DNA from: a virus
Strand: one strand, 5' to 3'
IMG/VR virus record: IMGVR_UViG_3300024999_001421
Length of the DNA: 64,000 nucleotides
A program made the position numbers and the translations under genes. Each line of letters starts with the position of its first letter. Positions within the stretch are counted from its first letter, which is position 1. Under the pieces are notes generated by a model. It worked only from the letters and a program-made list of their open reading frames with translations. It was not told the origin of the DNA and did not search any database. Positions 43,127 through 53,738 of the stretch are shown piece after piece.

Positions 43127-44359
43127 ATGGCTAATGGATTATTTGGTGGTGGTAACGGAACTGAGTTAACGCCATACTTAATTGAGGATTTACTCGACCT
43201 AGATGCGGTAAGGAATGATCTAACCACCTATTATGAACTTATTAACAATATTGATGCAAGTGATACGGTTAACTGGAATAGCGGCGCAGGATTCATTCCT
43301 ATAGGAAATTTTACGACTAAGTTTAGCGGTTCGTTTGACGGCAAGGGCTATAGAGTAACTGGGTTATATGTCAAGAGAAGTGTCGATAATAATGGCTTAT
43401 TTGGTTATGTTTCGTCTAGTGGAGTAGTGAAAAATTTAGGTATGGTTGACGGAAGAATAGAGGCAATTGGATCAACATTATTTAATCATGGGGCAATAGT
43501 TGGTAATAATTACGGAGCTATACAGAAGTGCTTTGCTGTAGGAGGCTATGTTAAAGCGTTAAATAGCGGTTATAACGCCGGAGGGATAGCTGGTAGCAAT
43601 AGCGGCACAATAACAGATTGTTTTGCTGGCGTAGCTGTAAATTGTCCCAATAAAGGTGCGGGATTAATAGGAGGACACTCAACAGGAACGATATCAAATT
43701 GCTACTCCATAGGAGTCGTTACTGGATTAGCGGCTAATTATTGCGGAGGATTGATTGGATATACGTATAGCGGTTCAGTAATTAATTGCTTTTGGGATAC
43801 GGAAACCTCCGGTCAAACTACTTCTGGTGGAGGAACCGGCAAAACTACAGCGCAAATGAAACAGCAGGCGACTTTTGCGAATTGGGATTTTAATAGCATA
43901 TGGTCTATAAATGAGGGTGTGTCTTACCCGGCATTACTTGTTTTCGCTACAGGAGTTATGCAAACCATAAATGCAGACATGTTACGCCAAACCGTTGTTA
44001 CCGAGTCAGTATTAATTGACATGTTACGCCAAACCGTTGTTACCGAGTCAGTATTTTCCGATACTCTTAGGAGGATAATCGAGGGTATTGAACAAACCGC
44101 AAACATAGATACGCTACGGCAGATCATTAGGAGTGAATTAGTCTCAGTTAGTACAAAACGCACTATCTTAGTTAACGAGACTATTCTTGCCGATACTCTA
44201 AGGAATGTTTACGACGATACTTATGACATTTCATTAATAGAGATAACGCTTGATTGCACGGTAGTTAAAGAGTTTGTTTCAATCTTAAGCGTTTCTAAGA
44301 GTATTTCTCTTGACGCTAATGTTGCAGATGAAATTTCTTTTAACATGGAAGTGGGTTGA
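43127..44359 (+). CDS. GLUG-motif tail/adhesin protein
   Basis: GGGNGT..PYLI, FSGSFDGKG, GLFG, repeated GG(I/L)xG, WDF..IW. Confidence 0.75.
   Translation: MANGLFGGGNGTELTPYLIEDLLDLDAVRNDLTTYYELINNIDASDTVNWNSGAGFIPIGNFTTKFSGSFDGKGYRVTGLYVKRSVDNNGLFGYVSSSGVVKNLGMVDGRIEAIGSTLFNHGAIVGNNYGAIQKCFAVGGYVKALNSGYNAGGIAGSNSGTITDCFAGVAVNCPNKGAGLIGGHSTGTISNCYSIGVVTGLAANYCGGLIGYTYSGSVINCFWDTETSGQTTSGGGTGKTTAQMKQQATFANWDFNSIWSINEGVSYPALLVFATGVMQTINADMLRQTVVTESVLIDMLRQTVVTESVFSDTLRRIIEGIEQTANIDTLRQIIRSELVSVSTKRTILVNETILADTLRNVYDDTYDISLIEITLDCTVVKEFVSILSVSKSISLDANVADEISFNMEVG
43976..44055 (+). repeat. in-frame tandem duplication (38 nt identical, 42-nt period)
   Basis: GACATGTTACGCCAAACCGTTGTTACCGAGTCAGTATT at 43976 and 44018. 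Confidence 0.9.
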
Positions 44360-44363
44360 TGTT

Positions 44364-44672
44364 ATGACGCAGAGAATAAAGCAGAACGACAAAGGTACAA
44401 AGTTGACTTTTAACGTAAAAGATAATCAGGATTTATCCTTAAACTTAACCAATTCTACGATAACTTGTACTATTTCAGGCGGCGACATCTATAAAAAAAT
44501 AACTAAATCTTGTACCATAAAGGATGCCGAAGAAGGTATTTGTTACTGTGTACTAACTTCTTCGGATACAGATACTCCGGGTTCCTATGCCGCGGAAGTT
44601 AAGGTTGATTTTGGTATTACCAGTTTTACTACTGTAGATGAGATAAGACTTAAATTACTAAGCGTTCTATAG
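44364..44672 (+). CDS. BppU-N-like protein
   Basis: QNDKGTKL.F...LNLTN...DAEEG...LT...PGSY.AEV. Confidence 0.7.
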   Translation: MTQRIKQNDKGTKLTFNVKDNQDLSLNLTNSTITCTISGGDIYKKITKSCTIKDAEEGICYCVLTSSDTDTPGSYAAEVKVDFGITSFTTVDEIRLKLLSVL

Positions 44673-44684
44673 TGTGGTGATATA

Positions 44685-46028
44685 GTGGCTGTATTTTTTA
44701 AGAAACCTACTACCCTTAACGTAAAAAACATCATCGATGCCTGTAATTGCTATTACAGGATACTTGAATCTGCATTTAATATCAGTCTAAAAAGAATAAG
44801 TTACTCAGATAATGAGCAGAGAATAGCAAATATTAATAACGATAATTTTCGGTTACTCGAAGCATTTTTCCTTAAGGCTGTGATTTTAGGAAATAGCGTA
44901 TCGTCGCACGAAACAACCGTCCCTGCCGGATACGTCGGGGTTTATACTGCCCAGGACTTATATAACGTCCGAAATAACCTATCAGGCAAATATATCCAAA
45001 TGGCAGATATAGACCTATCGGTTTATGCTAATTTCGCCAAGATAGGCAGTACGGCTAATAGGTTTGTTGGCGTGTATAACGGCAATAATTTTCCCATAAG
45101 CAACCTAAACATGAACGATCCTACGTTATATGTGGGACTTTTCGGCTACGTTGGTGTCGGTGGGGTAGTTAAAAAAGTTAAATTAATAGACCCGTCCGTA
45201 TACGCTGGCATCGGCCCTACAACAACTTACGAAGATCAATACAAAGGCATATACACAGGTCCAATAGCTGGTTATAATGCTGGGACAATTGAGGATTGTA
45301 CTGTTGAAGGGGGTGCTGTTGAGGGTTCTTATTATGTCGGGGGTATTGCTGGCATATCTTCTTCTAGTGGCAAGATAGTTAGATGCGGTTCAAATATAAC
45401 CACAATTGCCAATAGTTCTGCTCAAGTATGGGTGTATTACCCCACTGATTATGTATACGATCCCGTTCTCGGCGTAACCATTATCCCCGCACATTGGGAA
45501 ATGACTTCCAGATCATACGACTATGTGGGTGGTATCGCGGGTAGTTGTCATTCTGCGGAAAACTGCTATTCGCTTGGCCCTGTACGTTCTACGCTTACTC
45601 TTGGACACGGCGTTAGATGTGGTGGTGCATTCGGTTATGTTTCTAGTTCAGCGACTAAATGTTATTCTACTGGATTAGTATATGTTGCATATGGGGGCGG
45701 TAAGGCACTTGCCGGAAGTAAAGCAACAGTCGCTACAATAAGTGACTGTTATTACGACTCCCAAACCGCTGGGGTGTCGGACTCCTACGCAACAGCAAAA
45801 ACTACGGCGCAAATGAAAACTCGGTCAACTTTTACTGACTGGGATTTTAACGAGGTATGGGGTATTAACTCCGGGGAATATCCGCATTTGGGCGTAAATA
45901 CTGCCGTAGAACCGACACCTTACGGCCCGATAAGTCTTAAAAGATGTTCCCCAAATATGCGCAGTATTATTAATGTCTGCTGTGAAAATTTCAGAAACCT
46001 AGAATCATATCTCAATAGAAAGAGGTGA
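44685..46028 (+). CDS. GLUG-motif tail protein
   Basis: Y.QMADIDLS, VGLFG, VGGIAG, WDFNEVW. Confidence 0.7.
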   Translation: MAVFFKKPTTLNVKNIIDACNCYYRILESAFNISLKRISYSDNEQRIANINNDNFRLLEAFFLKAVILGNSVSSHETTVPAGYVGVYTAQDLYNVRNNLSGKYIQMADIDLSVYANFAKIGSTANRFVGVYNGNNFPISNLNMNDPTLYVGLFGYVGVGGVVKKVKLIDPSVYAGIGPTTTYEDQYKGIYTGPIAGYNAGTIEDCTVEGGAVEGSYYVGGIAGISSSSGKIVRCGSNITTIANSSAQVWVYYPTDYVYDPVLGVTIIPAHWEMTSRSYDYVGGIAGSCHSAENCYSLGPVRSTLTLGHGVRCGGAFGYVSSSATKCYSTGLVYVAYGGGKALAGSKATVATISDCYYDSQTAGVSDSYATAKTTAQMKTRSTFTDWDFNEVWGINSGEYPHLGVNTAVEPTPYGPISLKRCSPNMRSIINVCCENFRNLESYLNRKR

Positions 46029-46960
46029 TATTATTGGCATATACTAAGCCGACAGGGGATCAAGGTAATCTTGGTTTCCTTAAGGGTGCCTTAAATAATC
46101 CTAATTATAAGCCCAAGAATTACTACGATTGGCAATACATAGCTGATCAGCAGGTGGCAAATCCTAATTACGGAGATGTGTATAGAGGATTAAACCAGGC
46201 AAGAAACACGGCAGGTGACAGAGAGAGGGCATCTTACCGGGATTCAAAAGGAACGCTTACGGCTAACCGGACAGGCAGTATTAACTCAGCCGTGAAACGA
46301 TCTATTGCCGCAGGACTAGGCGGGGCAGGGGAAGGATCGGGCATAGGCGGGTATCGCTCACAGGAGATAACGGACAGCTATCAGCCTTCGTTAGACAGTT
46401 TGAAGCGTAGGCACTCAGAAAATATTGCAGATATAAACACTAACTACCGCAGTGGTGTTGCAAAGATTGATGCCAAGAAAGAAGATCGCGGATTAAAAGT
46501 TGCTGCCGAGGCGACAAGGTTAATGCAAGCTGATACTAAGGGGTTTCGTGACTGGAAGAGTTCTTTAGCTGATACCCTACAGAAATACGGTTCAGAGCAG
46601 GCCGATATGTCATACAAGCAGCAGCAGGATGCTTACAAGAGACAGCAGGACGAGTTTTCCAATAACTTAGCAATGCAGAGATTTAGCTGGGATAAGGAAA
46701 GGTCTATGTTACCTTATCAATACCCCTCTGCTAATTCGTTGTTGCAGTATAATATGGGACCGACGCCATATCAGCAAGCGCAGCTTAGTAAGAGCGGTGG
46801 CAATGACAAGTCTGCTGCATATGCCGCTGCTTATCAGGCCATATCGTCAAACCCTACCGTGATTAGCGATCCTGAGTTTATACAGTCGTTTTTAGCTGCT
46901 GGACTGACACCGAGCGATTACCAGGCGTTGCTTGAAATGACTAAAGACGAAGATAGCTAA
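46025..46960 (+). CDS. putative internal virion/DNA ejection protein
   Basis: alpha-helical, Q/A-rich, after tail genes. Confidence 0.55.
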   Translation: MILLAYTKPTGDQGNLGFLKGALNNPNYKPKNYYDWQYIADQQVANPNYGDVYRGLNQARNTAGDRERASYRDSKGTLTANRTGSINSAVKRSIAAGLGGAGEGSGIGGYRSQEITDSYQPSLDSLKRRHSENIADINTNYRSGVAKIDAKKEDRGLKVAAEATRLMQADTKGFRDWKSSLADTLQKYGSEQADMSYKQQQDAYKRQQDEFSNNLAMQRFSWDKERSMLPYQYPSANSLLQYNMGPTPYQQAQLSKSGGNDKSAAYAAAYQAISSNPTVISDPEFIQSFLAAGLTPSDYQALLEMTKDEDS

Positions 46961-46982
46961 AAAGTGACTAATATCAAGGCAG

Positions 46983-49900
46983 GTGATTTTATTGGCCTAC
47001 GATTTATACAAAGGGCCGTATAGTAACTTTAATTCATACAGTCAAAGTAGAGATACTTCCAGGGAAGATGCCATTAGAAGGTTGCTTAGTTTTTCGAGCA
47101 ACCAACAAATAACTAACGATCCTGGCATGGCAGATGTAGATTATAGCACTACAATGCCTCCTGTACCGGAAATGAAAGTACCTATGCCACCTAAAAGAAG
47201 TCTATATGAATCTCTGGATAATAAATTTGGCGGGGTGTTGCCGGGAGGTACTATATTTAAGCCAGGAGATTACGGAATAAGCGAAAAGTTTGCGGAAAAT
47301 AACCCAACTATTAGTCGGGGATTAGCGACGATTGCTAGTCCTTTCAAGGCTATCATGGATAATCCATTTATGAATCGTTCAAGTCAAACTGCTGGGGAAA
47401 TCGTTACATTAACCGACAGGCCAGAAAAGACTTCTACCGGTAATGATAACAGGGACATGATTGCCGATTTAGTTGGTGGACTTGTTGGTTTTGGTGCTAA
47501 TCCTGAGAGCGCAGGGGCAAAACTATTTGGACTTAGCGAAAAAGCTATAGCTAAAGGATTGCAGTATATCCCCAAAGCTGAAAATTTGCCTAAAATATTG
47601 CAAACAGGTGCTAAGATTGGCGGGGCGACAGTCCCGTATGAAGCAACCGTAGCGGCACTGAACGACCGTGAATTTAAACCGGGAGAAGCGGCAGAGGCAG
47701 GCTTGTCTAATGCTGCCCTGGCTATGCTATTACATGGTGCAGGGAGTGCCTTAAGCAAACGCAATACACCGCCCAAAACTACTGATTTTAAGATGCCTGA
47801 GTATAAAGAACCGGATATGTCAGATTTTACGCCGGAGGAACTGGCTAATTTCAGGAGTAAGTCAAGTCTTGGGGAGATGATAACTCCTGAGACAGTCACC
47901 ACTAAAGAGGTAGCGGCGGCGCAGAGAACGCTTAGAAATACGCTGAATGTCGAAAAGGCCAATCAGATACTAAACGAATTCCCGGAACTTGAAAGCGAGT
48001 TTCCGCACTTTAGACTACAGCAAGGCGATACAGTTATTCTGCCAAATGGAAAAGAAGCAATAGTTAAAACAGCGGACAAGATGATTATTCAAGTTGATGT
48101 TGATGGAAAGACGGTTAGTATTGGTCGTAAAGTCGTTAAGGTTCCGGAGGTTAAGACAGAAGTTCCGGAGGTTGTGAGTGAGGCAATGCCGGAAGTGCCG
48201 GAGACTACGACTCCTGAGATTAAACAGCAACCCGTTATTAGCGATGTTCCGCGACTAAATAACAGAAGTGGTGCCGAGACTTTTGCTGACGAAAATATAC
48301 CTGATGTATCAGTCAAGCAGGAACCAATTGTCGCGCAGGAAATATTGCCGCAATTAACAGGCGAACCTGTTAAATTAACAGCAGAACAGCAACAGTCGAT
48401 AGATAAGTTAGTCAAGGATTCTGGATTCAATTCCCTCGAGGATGCTCGAAAGGCAATAACATCATATAGAAATATGGTTAATGACGGACAGGTATTTTAT
48501 CGTGGGGAAATGGTTCCAGAGGGAGCAAAAGGTAAGAAAAATAATATTATCCGTCAAAAAAGCATAGAAGATGTTCTTAATTGGACTCCTGATAATCTAA
48601 TCAAGAAGCATGAAGCAAACATAGCAAGACAAGAAAATATAAAGGAAAAGGCACAGGAAATTCTTGATACTACTGATCCGCTTAAGGATTACGGTAAACG
48701 CGACAATGCTAAAATGGAAATAGAGAATTCTAACTATTGGATTGGTAATTATCAAAAGGAGATTGATAAACTTAGGAAGCAGATAAAAAATGACGAAGAA
48801 ATAAGTAAGATAGCAGAAGAAAACAATCTCCTTTACATTACAAGTCAAAAAGAAAATGCCCTGTCTTATGCTAAGCAACTCGAAGGTAAGTCTGAAATAT
48901 TATTTGGAGAGAAGCCAGAAGGCTATAACCCAACCGTGTATGAGTTAAAAGGAAAATTTGACAATACTTTTGACTTGACTAAGTATGAGAATGGTCTAAT
49001 AAGTTTAGACGAAGTAGATAACCTATTAAACGACTTAGGAATTAAGCTAGATGATAAGCAGTTTAACGAATTTATAAATAGACTTGGTATTGATGAAATG
49101 GAACAGAATAGCGGTCAAGTATTTGGTCTATTCCGTGGTGAAAACCTTCCTATCATGCTTAATGCGCTTAAAAAAGGTAAATACGATTCGGTTCATTATG
49201 CGGAAGGATTGCAAGATAACTGGATCGTCTTAGATAGAAATAAGGTTGCTATTAAGGATGATTTAGATAAGGCAAGTAAACTTGATTCTGTAACGCAAGA
49301 CAAGATACTTAGATTTAAGTCTGGGCAGGACAAACCAGCACCTCCCGAAGTATTAAAGGACTATCCTGAGTTATCCGCAGAAGTAGGAAGTAAGTCTACA
49401 TCGGAAACTAAAGTCATGGCAGAGGATATCGGACTAAAACCGGAAAAAGCGGAAACTTATGACGAAGGGACGATTGGGGCGGCAAGGTTAACCGTACCGG
49501 AAAAGCAATCAACTCTCCCCGGTACTGACGAAAAAGTCAGGTCGTTTAATGTTTCCGTTGCTAATTCTGAAATAGCTTCTCCGGACGTTAAAATAGCCAA
49601 TATTATGGAAATGTATCCAGGAGGACTAGGGGCATATAGCCCCATAAAACTACGTGAGGTAGACGTTGAAGCACAAAATTTAATTTCCCAGAACATAGAA
49701 AAGGCTACTCGCTTTGTTCTTGAAGGAGAAGAACCTTCTGCACTTAAAACAGCAACAGGTATTCGTTTAATTGAAAAATACCAAAACGCCGGTAATTACG
49801 AGAGGGCCATAGATGTTTCGCTAGCTATGGCAGAGAGACTAACGAAAGTTGGTCAAGAAATTAGTGCCGCTAGAATTATGGGGGCACTAAAACCTGATGG

Positions 49901-51959
49901 TATTTTAGTTTTTGCACAACGACAAATAAATAAACTTAACAGCGGTAAAAAATTCGGTAAGGACATTGAATTAACTCCCGAAATGGCTAAAATACTAAAG
50001 GAACTTGCCAATAGACTTAAAAATGCAACCGATGAAAATGCCAGATTGGAGGCAGGTCAAGAATTACAGGGAGCACTGAATTCTCTAAAACCTTCTGGGA
50101 TACTTAGAAAAATAGATTCGGCGCAAACCATTTCGATGTTATTAAATCCTAAAACTTTAATTAGGAACACAGTTGGCAATGAAATGTTTTATCGCCTAGA
50201 AAGGTTAAATAAAATAGTTGCTACACCTATTGACTGGACAGTTAGTAAACTGACCGGAGCAGACCGCCAGGTAACATTTAGAACGGCTGGGCAAGGTGGT
50301 TACTGGCAGGGATTTTTCAAGGGCGCAAAAGCTGGTTGGAAAGGTGTTAACCCAGAAGGTATACAGACACAATACGACTTGGGTCGATCACCGGCATTTA
50401 ATATTAATCCCGAAAGAGCTAAAAACGCAAATACGACAACTGGGAAAGTTGTTGGTGGCACATTTGATTTTGCTGAAAAAACTATGGCTTATCTTGAAAG
50501 AACTCTAGGTGCAGCCTTGAAAGGTTTTGATTTTGCGGCATATACCAGGGCAAAAAATAACACTATTGGAGAACTAGCTACCTTAAAGGCTATAAATACT
50601 ACTGGAAAAGCTGATAAGACTATAGTACAGGGGTTTATGAAAGATATTGAGGATAATGTCCTGAATATTGCTGACCAATATGGAAAATATGTTACATTTC
50701 AAGATAACAATGTTATTTCTCGTGGACTACAAGGAGTAAAGGATGCCTTAAACATAAATCAGGATTGGGGTGTAGGGAGTGTTATTCTTAAATTCCCACG
50801 CACACCGGGGGCTTTAATAGCAAGAGGATTAGAATACTCGCCTGCTGGCTTTCTAAAGTCTGCCTACGAACTAGCAAAAGTAACAGGTATATTTAAGGGC
50901 AATCCTAGTCAAAGAGAAACAACACTTGCGTTATCAAGGGCCATAACTGGCACAGCAGGATTAACTGGATTAGGTTATTTTCTTGCCGATCAAGGAATTA
51001 TAACAGGTTCAATAGAAAAAGATAAAGACCTAAGAGATTTACAGCGACAGACAGGGCAAGGACAATATCGTATAAATCTAAGCGCATTATCTAGGTGGGT
51101 GCAAAGCGGTTTTAATAAAGATACTGCGCAACCTATTGCTGGTGATAAAATAATTAACTATGATTGGGCGCAGCCAATTGCAATGGCACTAAGCATAGGC
51201 GCAAATATCAGCAAAAACCTTAATGATGGACAAGGCAAACTAGATAATATATCCTCAACTATTGCTGGTAGTCTTGAAGGTGCTTTAAATACAGTTGCCG
51301 AGCAACCTGTTTTGCAAGGTCTTACACGGGCAGTACAAGGATATGATATGGGAGAAAATGTAACCAATACAGTTAAAAATATTCCCTCTAGTTTTGCACC
51401 AACATTAGCTAATCAAGTAAGACAGTATATAGACAATACAACTCGCTCAACATATGACCCCTCATGGGTAGAGGAATCGAAAAATAAAGTTAAAGGCAAA
51501 ATACCGGGAATTGCTGGCAACTTGCCTGTCGCATATGATACTTTCGGAAAACCGAAGGAAATATATCAAGATGGAGGTAATGATGCTTTCAATGTATTCT
51601 TTAATCCAGCATTTACATCGAAATACAAAGTTCCAGAAGAAGCGAAGTTGGCCATAGAAACATTTAGAAATACCGGAGAAACAAAGCAACTACCTAGAGT
51701 TGCATCTAAGTCATTTACTATTAGTGGGCAAAAAATAGAACTAACTGCCAAAGAATATAGCGATATGCAAAGGATTGTTGGAGAAAGAACACTAAAAGAA
51801 TTTTCCAGAATACCGCAAAATGCTAGTGATGACAAAAAGATACGCAGGATGATCGATGCTTTAGGTAAAGCCGGACTAGAGGGCAGAAAATTTGTATTAC
51901 AACAAAGGGGTATTGGCTTTAGGAATAAGGGCAATGGGATAGTGCTTAGACAACAATAA
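46983..51959 (+). CDS. large internal virion/ejection polyvalent protein with ART-like domain
   Basis: 1658 aa; FYRG...LYITS...ALSYA...VYEL...FDL...KYDSV; helical C-terminal half (MLLNPKT.IRN, FPRTP). Confidence 0.7.
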   Translation: MILLAYDLYKGPYSNFNSYSQSRDTSREDAIRRLLSFSSNQQITNDPGMADVDYSTTMPPVPEMKVPMPPKRSLYESLDNKFGGVLPGGTIFKPGDYGISEKFAENNPTISRGLATIASPFKAIMDNPFMNRSSQTAGEIVTLTDRPEKTSTGNDNRDMIADLVGGLVGFGANPESAGAKLFGLSEKAIAKGLQYIPKAENLPKILQTGAKIGGATVPYEATVAALNDREFKPGEAAEAGLSNAALAMLLHGAGSALSKRNTPPKTTDFKMPEYKEPDMSDFTPEELANFRSKSSLGEMITPETVTTKEVAAAQRTLRNTLNVEKANQILNEFPELESEFPHFRLQQGDTVILPNGKEAIVKTADKMIIQVDVDGKTVSIGRKVVKVPEVKTEVPEVVSEAMPEVPETTTPEIKQQPVISDVPRLNNRSGAETFADENIPDVSVKQEPIVAQEILPQLTGEPVKLTAEQQQSIDKLVKDSGFNSLEDARKAITSYRNMVNDGQVFYRGEMVPEGAKGKKNNIIRQKSIEDVLNWTPDNLIKKHEANIARQENIKEKAQEILDTTDPLKDYGKRDNAKMEIENSNYWIGNYQKEIDKLRKQIKNDEEISKIAEENNLLYITSQKENALSYAKQLEGKSEILFGEKPEGYNPTVYELKGKFDNTFDLTKYENGLISLDEVDNLLNDLGIKLDDKQFNEFINRLGIDEMEQNSGQVFGLFRGENLPIMLNALKKGKYDSVHYAEGLQDNWIVLDRNKVAIKDDLDKASKLDSVTQDKILRFKSGQDKPAPPEVLKDYPELSAEVGSKSTSETKVMAEDIGLKPEKAETYDEGTIGAARLTVPEKQSTLPGTDEKVRSFNVSVANSEIASPDVKIANIMEMYPGGLGAYSPIKLREVDVEAQNLISQNIEKATRFVLEGEEPSALKTATGIRLIEKYQNAGNYERAIDVSLAMAERLTKVGQEISAARIMGALKPDGILVFAQRQINKLNSGKKFGKDIELTPEMAKILKELANRLKNATDENARLEAGQELQGALNSLKPSGILRKIDSAQTISMLLNPKTLIRNTVGNEMFYRLERLNKIVATPIDWTVSKLTGADRQVTFRTAGQGGYWQGFFKGAKAGWKGVNPEGIQTQYDLGRSPAFNINPERAKNANTTTGKVVGGTFDFAEKTMAYLERTLGAALKGFDFAAYTRAKNNTIGELATLKAINTTGKADKTIVQGFMKDIEDNVLNIADQYGKYVTFQDNNVISRGLQGVKDALNINQDWGVGSVILKFPRTPGALIARGLEYSPAGFLKSAYELAKVTGIFKGNPSQRETTLALSRAITGTAGLTGLGYFLADQGIITGSIEKDKDLRDLQRQTGQGQYRINLSALSRWVQSGFNKDTAQPIAGDKIINYDWAQPIAMALSIGANISKNLNDGQGKLDNISSTIAGSLEGALNTVAEQPVLQGLTRAVQGYDMGENVTNTVKNIPSSFAPTLANQVRQYIDNTTRSTYDPSWVEESKNKVKGKIPGIAGNLPVAYDTFGKPKEIYQDGGNDAFNVFFNPAFTSKYKVPEEAKLAIETFRNTGETKQLPRVASKSFTISGQKIELTAKEYSDMQRIVGERTLKEFSRIPQNASDDKKIRRMIDALGKAGLEGRKFVLQQRGIGFRNKGNGIVLRQQ

Positions 51960-51966
51960 GACCGAC

Positions 51967-52326
51967 TTAATTAAGTCGGTCTTTCTCTGTGGCGTTTACT
52001 AATGTATCTACTGCGATATAGCCAATTATTAATTTAATCCCATTATACAACATTATTATTAATGTATTTCTAATAGTATCCGCTTCTGACAGCCAGTAAC
52101 TACCCAGAAAAATAAGTAGAAAAGCTCTACTGTATCTAAAAGTGAGTGTGTTGTTGGTTAGAAAGTTTTTTAGTCTCTTAGTTAAAGCATTGTCTGGGAA
52201 CTTAGTATGCATTAGAATAGTAAGAGTAAAAAGTACGGCAAGCACCCATATAGGTATATATAGTACCAATAGAGAGTATAAGAAAGTAATTATAGTTATC
52301 ACCCCTTTTAAAACTATATTCAACAT
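51967..52326 (-). CDS. membrane protein (moron)
   Basis: hydrophobic, low GC. Confidence 0.55.
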   Translation of the reverse strand: MLNIVLKGVITIITFLYSLLVLYIPIWVLAVLFTLTILMHTKFPDNALTKRLKNFLTNNTLTFRYSRAFLLIFLGSYWLSEADTIRNTLIIMLYNGIKLIIGYIAVDTLVNATEKDRLN

Positions 52327-52346
52327 GGTGGATTAGTTTCCTTCTT

Positions 52347-52550
52347 TTATTTACCGTCGACATATTCAAATAGATCTCCCGGTTGACATCTAAGTGTAGC
52401 ACAAAGACGATCTATAACTTCCAATGAAACATATTCGTTGGTATTTAGTTTTGCCATAGTGCCTCCAGATATTTTGGCTTGTTTCATTAAATCTTGTTTT
52501 TTTATATTTTTATCAATCAACATTTTTTGGAATAGTTTATAGCTAATCAA
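52347..52550 (-). CDS. Cro/C1-type HTH (HTH_26) regulator
   Basis: ISYKLF..L....IKKQDL...VSLEVIDRLC..L.CQPGDLFEYV. Confidence 0.88.
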   Translation of the reverse strand: MISYKLFQKMLIDKNIKKQDLMKQAKISGGTMAKLNTNEYVSLEVIDRLCATLRCQPGDLFEYVDGK

Positions 52551-52719
52551 ATTAATTTACCTCCTGTTTACTATATCTTAAATATATATATTATTATATC
52601 AAAAAATATTCGACAAATCAAAGATAATTATATTGACTTATATTTATGATATGTTATAATAATATTTAAGAAGTTGTAAATAATTACATACCAATAAGGT
52701 GTCTTAGGAGGAATACGGC

Positions 52720-53352
52720 ATGGGCAAAAACATTCTAACGGCAACAATCGAAATAAAAGGAATTAGACCTCTGTTGTGGCATGTATTTGGTCCTGATTCT
52801 TTGCCACTTGAAAAACAAGAGAGGACAGGAGTTGCCGGACACGATCCGGAGGAATGGCGCAAAACATATGTAGCAACCAAGAGTGGACAGTTATATTTAC
52901 CTGGTTCTTATTTCTTCGGAACATACATTGCAGGCGCTAAGTTCATTAAGAAGGGCAAAGGCTCAATTCAAAGTTTGGTATCAGCAACATTGCAGGTACT
53001 TGATGATAAGGTATTGGTTAATCGTAATTTACCGGAAGATATTCACGAAAAACCGCATAAGTATTATAATGCTGACGAAGAATTGGTTTATATTGACGTT
53101 CGCTCAGTACGTAATCCGTCAACCAAGTCTAGAAACATTCGTTATCGCGTTGCTACTTGCCCCGGATGGGAGTGTAAATTTTCAATAATGTTCGATAAAA
53201 CGGTTGTTAGTCGCCAAGAGATGCACTCTGCTATTATTGATGCAGGTAAATTGTCCGGCATTGGCGATGGTCGTTCTGTTGGATATGGAAGATTTGATGT
53301 ATTATCTTTTGAAATACAGGAGGAAGATAATGCCGAGGAAAAGACCTCCTAA
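52720..53352 (+). CDS. solitary Cas7/Csm3-like RAMP protein
   Basis: IEIKGIRPLL (beta1), LYLPGSYF, C-terminal Gly-rich loop GIGDGRSVGYGRF. Confidence 0.8.
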   Translation: MGKNILTATIEIKGIRPLLWHVFGPDSLPLEKQERTGVAGHDPEEWRKTYVATKSGQLYLPGSYFFGTYIAGAKFIKKGKGSIQSLVSATLQVLDDKVLVNRNLPEDIHEKPHKYYNADEELVYIDVRSVRNPSTKSRNIRYRVATCPGWECKFSIMFDKTVVSRQEMHSAIIDAGKLSGIGDGRSVGYGRFDVLSFEIQEEDNAEEKTS

Positions 53353-53620
53353 AGAAATATGGCAAAAACTAAGAACAATAGTCTGGGAACGAGATAAGGG
53401 TAAATGTAAGCACTGTGGCAAACTAGTTGACTTAGATAAATGTCACATAGATCATATTCGTTCTGGTAAGTTAGGAACAAATAAGTTAAGCAATCTTAGA
53501 ACTCTATGTCGTTGCTGTCATGTTTTGCGTGAGGATGGGCGACATAGAGGGATGATTAGCAAGGCACTTAAAGATGGTATTATTCCTCCGAATTGGCGTG
53601 AGTTGGTTTGGGGTGATTAA
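53330..53620 (+). CDS. small HNH endonuclease (96 aa) overlapping RAMP stop
   Basis: W..LR..VWERDKGKCKHCG...HIDHI...GTNKLSNLRTLCRCCH; AGGAGG RBS inside RAMP gene. Confidence 0.9.
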   Translation: MPRKRPPKEIWQKLRTIVWERDKGKCKHCGKLVDLDKCHIDHIRSGKLGTNKLSNLRTLCRCCHVLREDGRHRGMISKALKDGIIPPNWRELVWGD

Positions 53621-53639
53621 TATACTGTATAATTAATCA

Positions 53640-53734
53640 GGTCGGGAACGAAGCGGAATGGTGAGTTGCGGTCCGGAGTGGTACGGAGAGCTGAGGCATG
53701 GCACGTTAAGGTGCGCAATGAAATGGTAAGGATT
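53640..53734 (+). repeat. pentameric G(G)HNN array 1 (19 units), candidate guide RNA
   Basis: G at every 5th base 19/19, GG 13/19; TATAAT at 53628-33 immediately upstream. Confidence 0.85.
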
Positions 53735-53738
53735 CGAA

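Noticed and set aside
43976-44055. Diversity-generating retroelement TR/VR pair
   Set aside because: Adjacent identical in-frame duplication, no adenine-specific mismatches, no reverse transcriptase in the window
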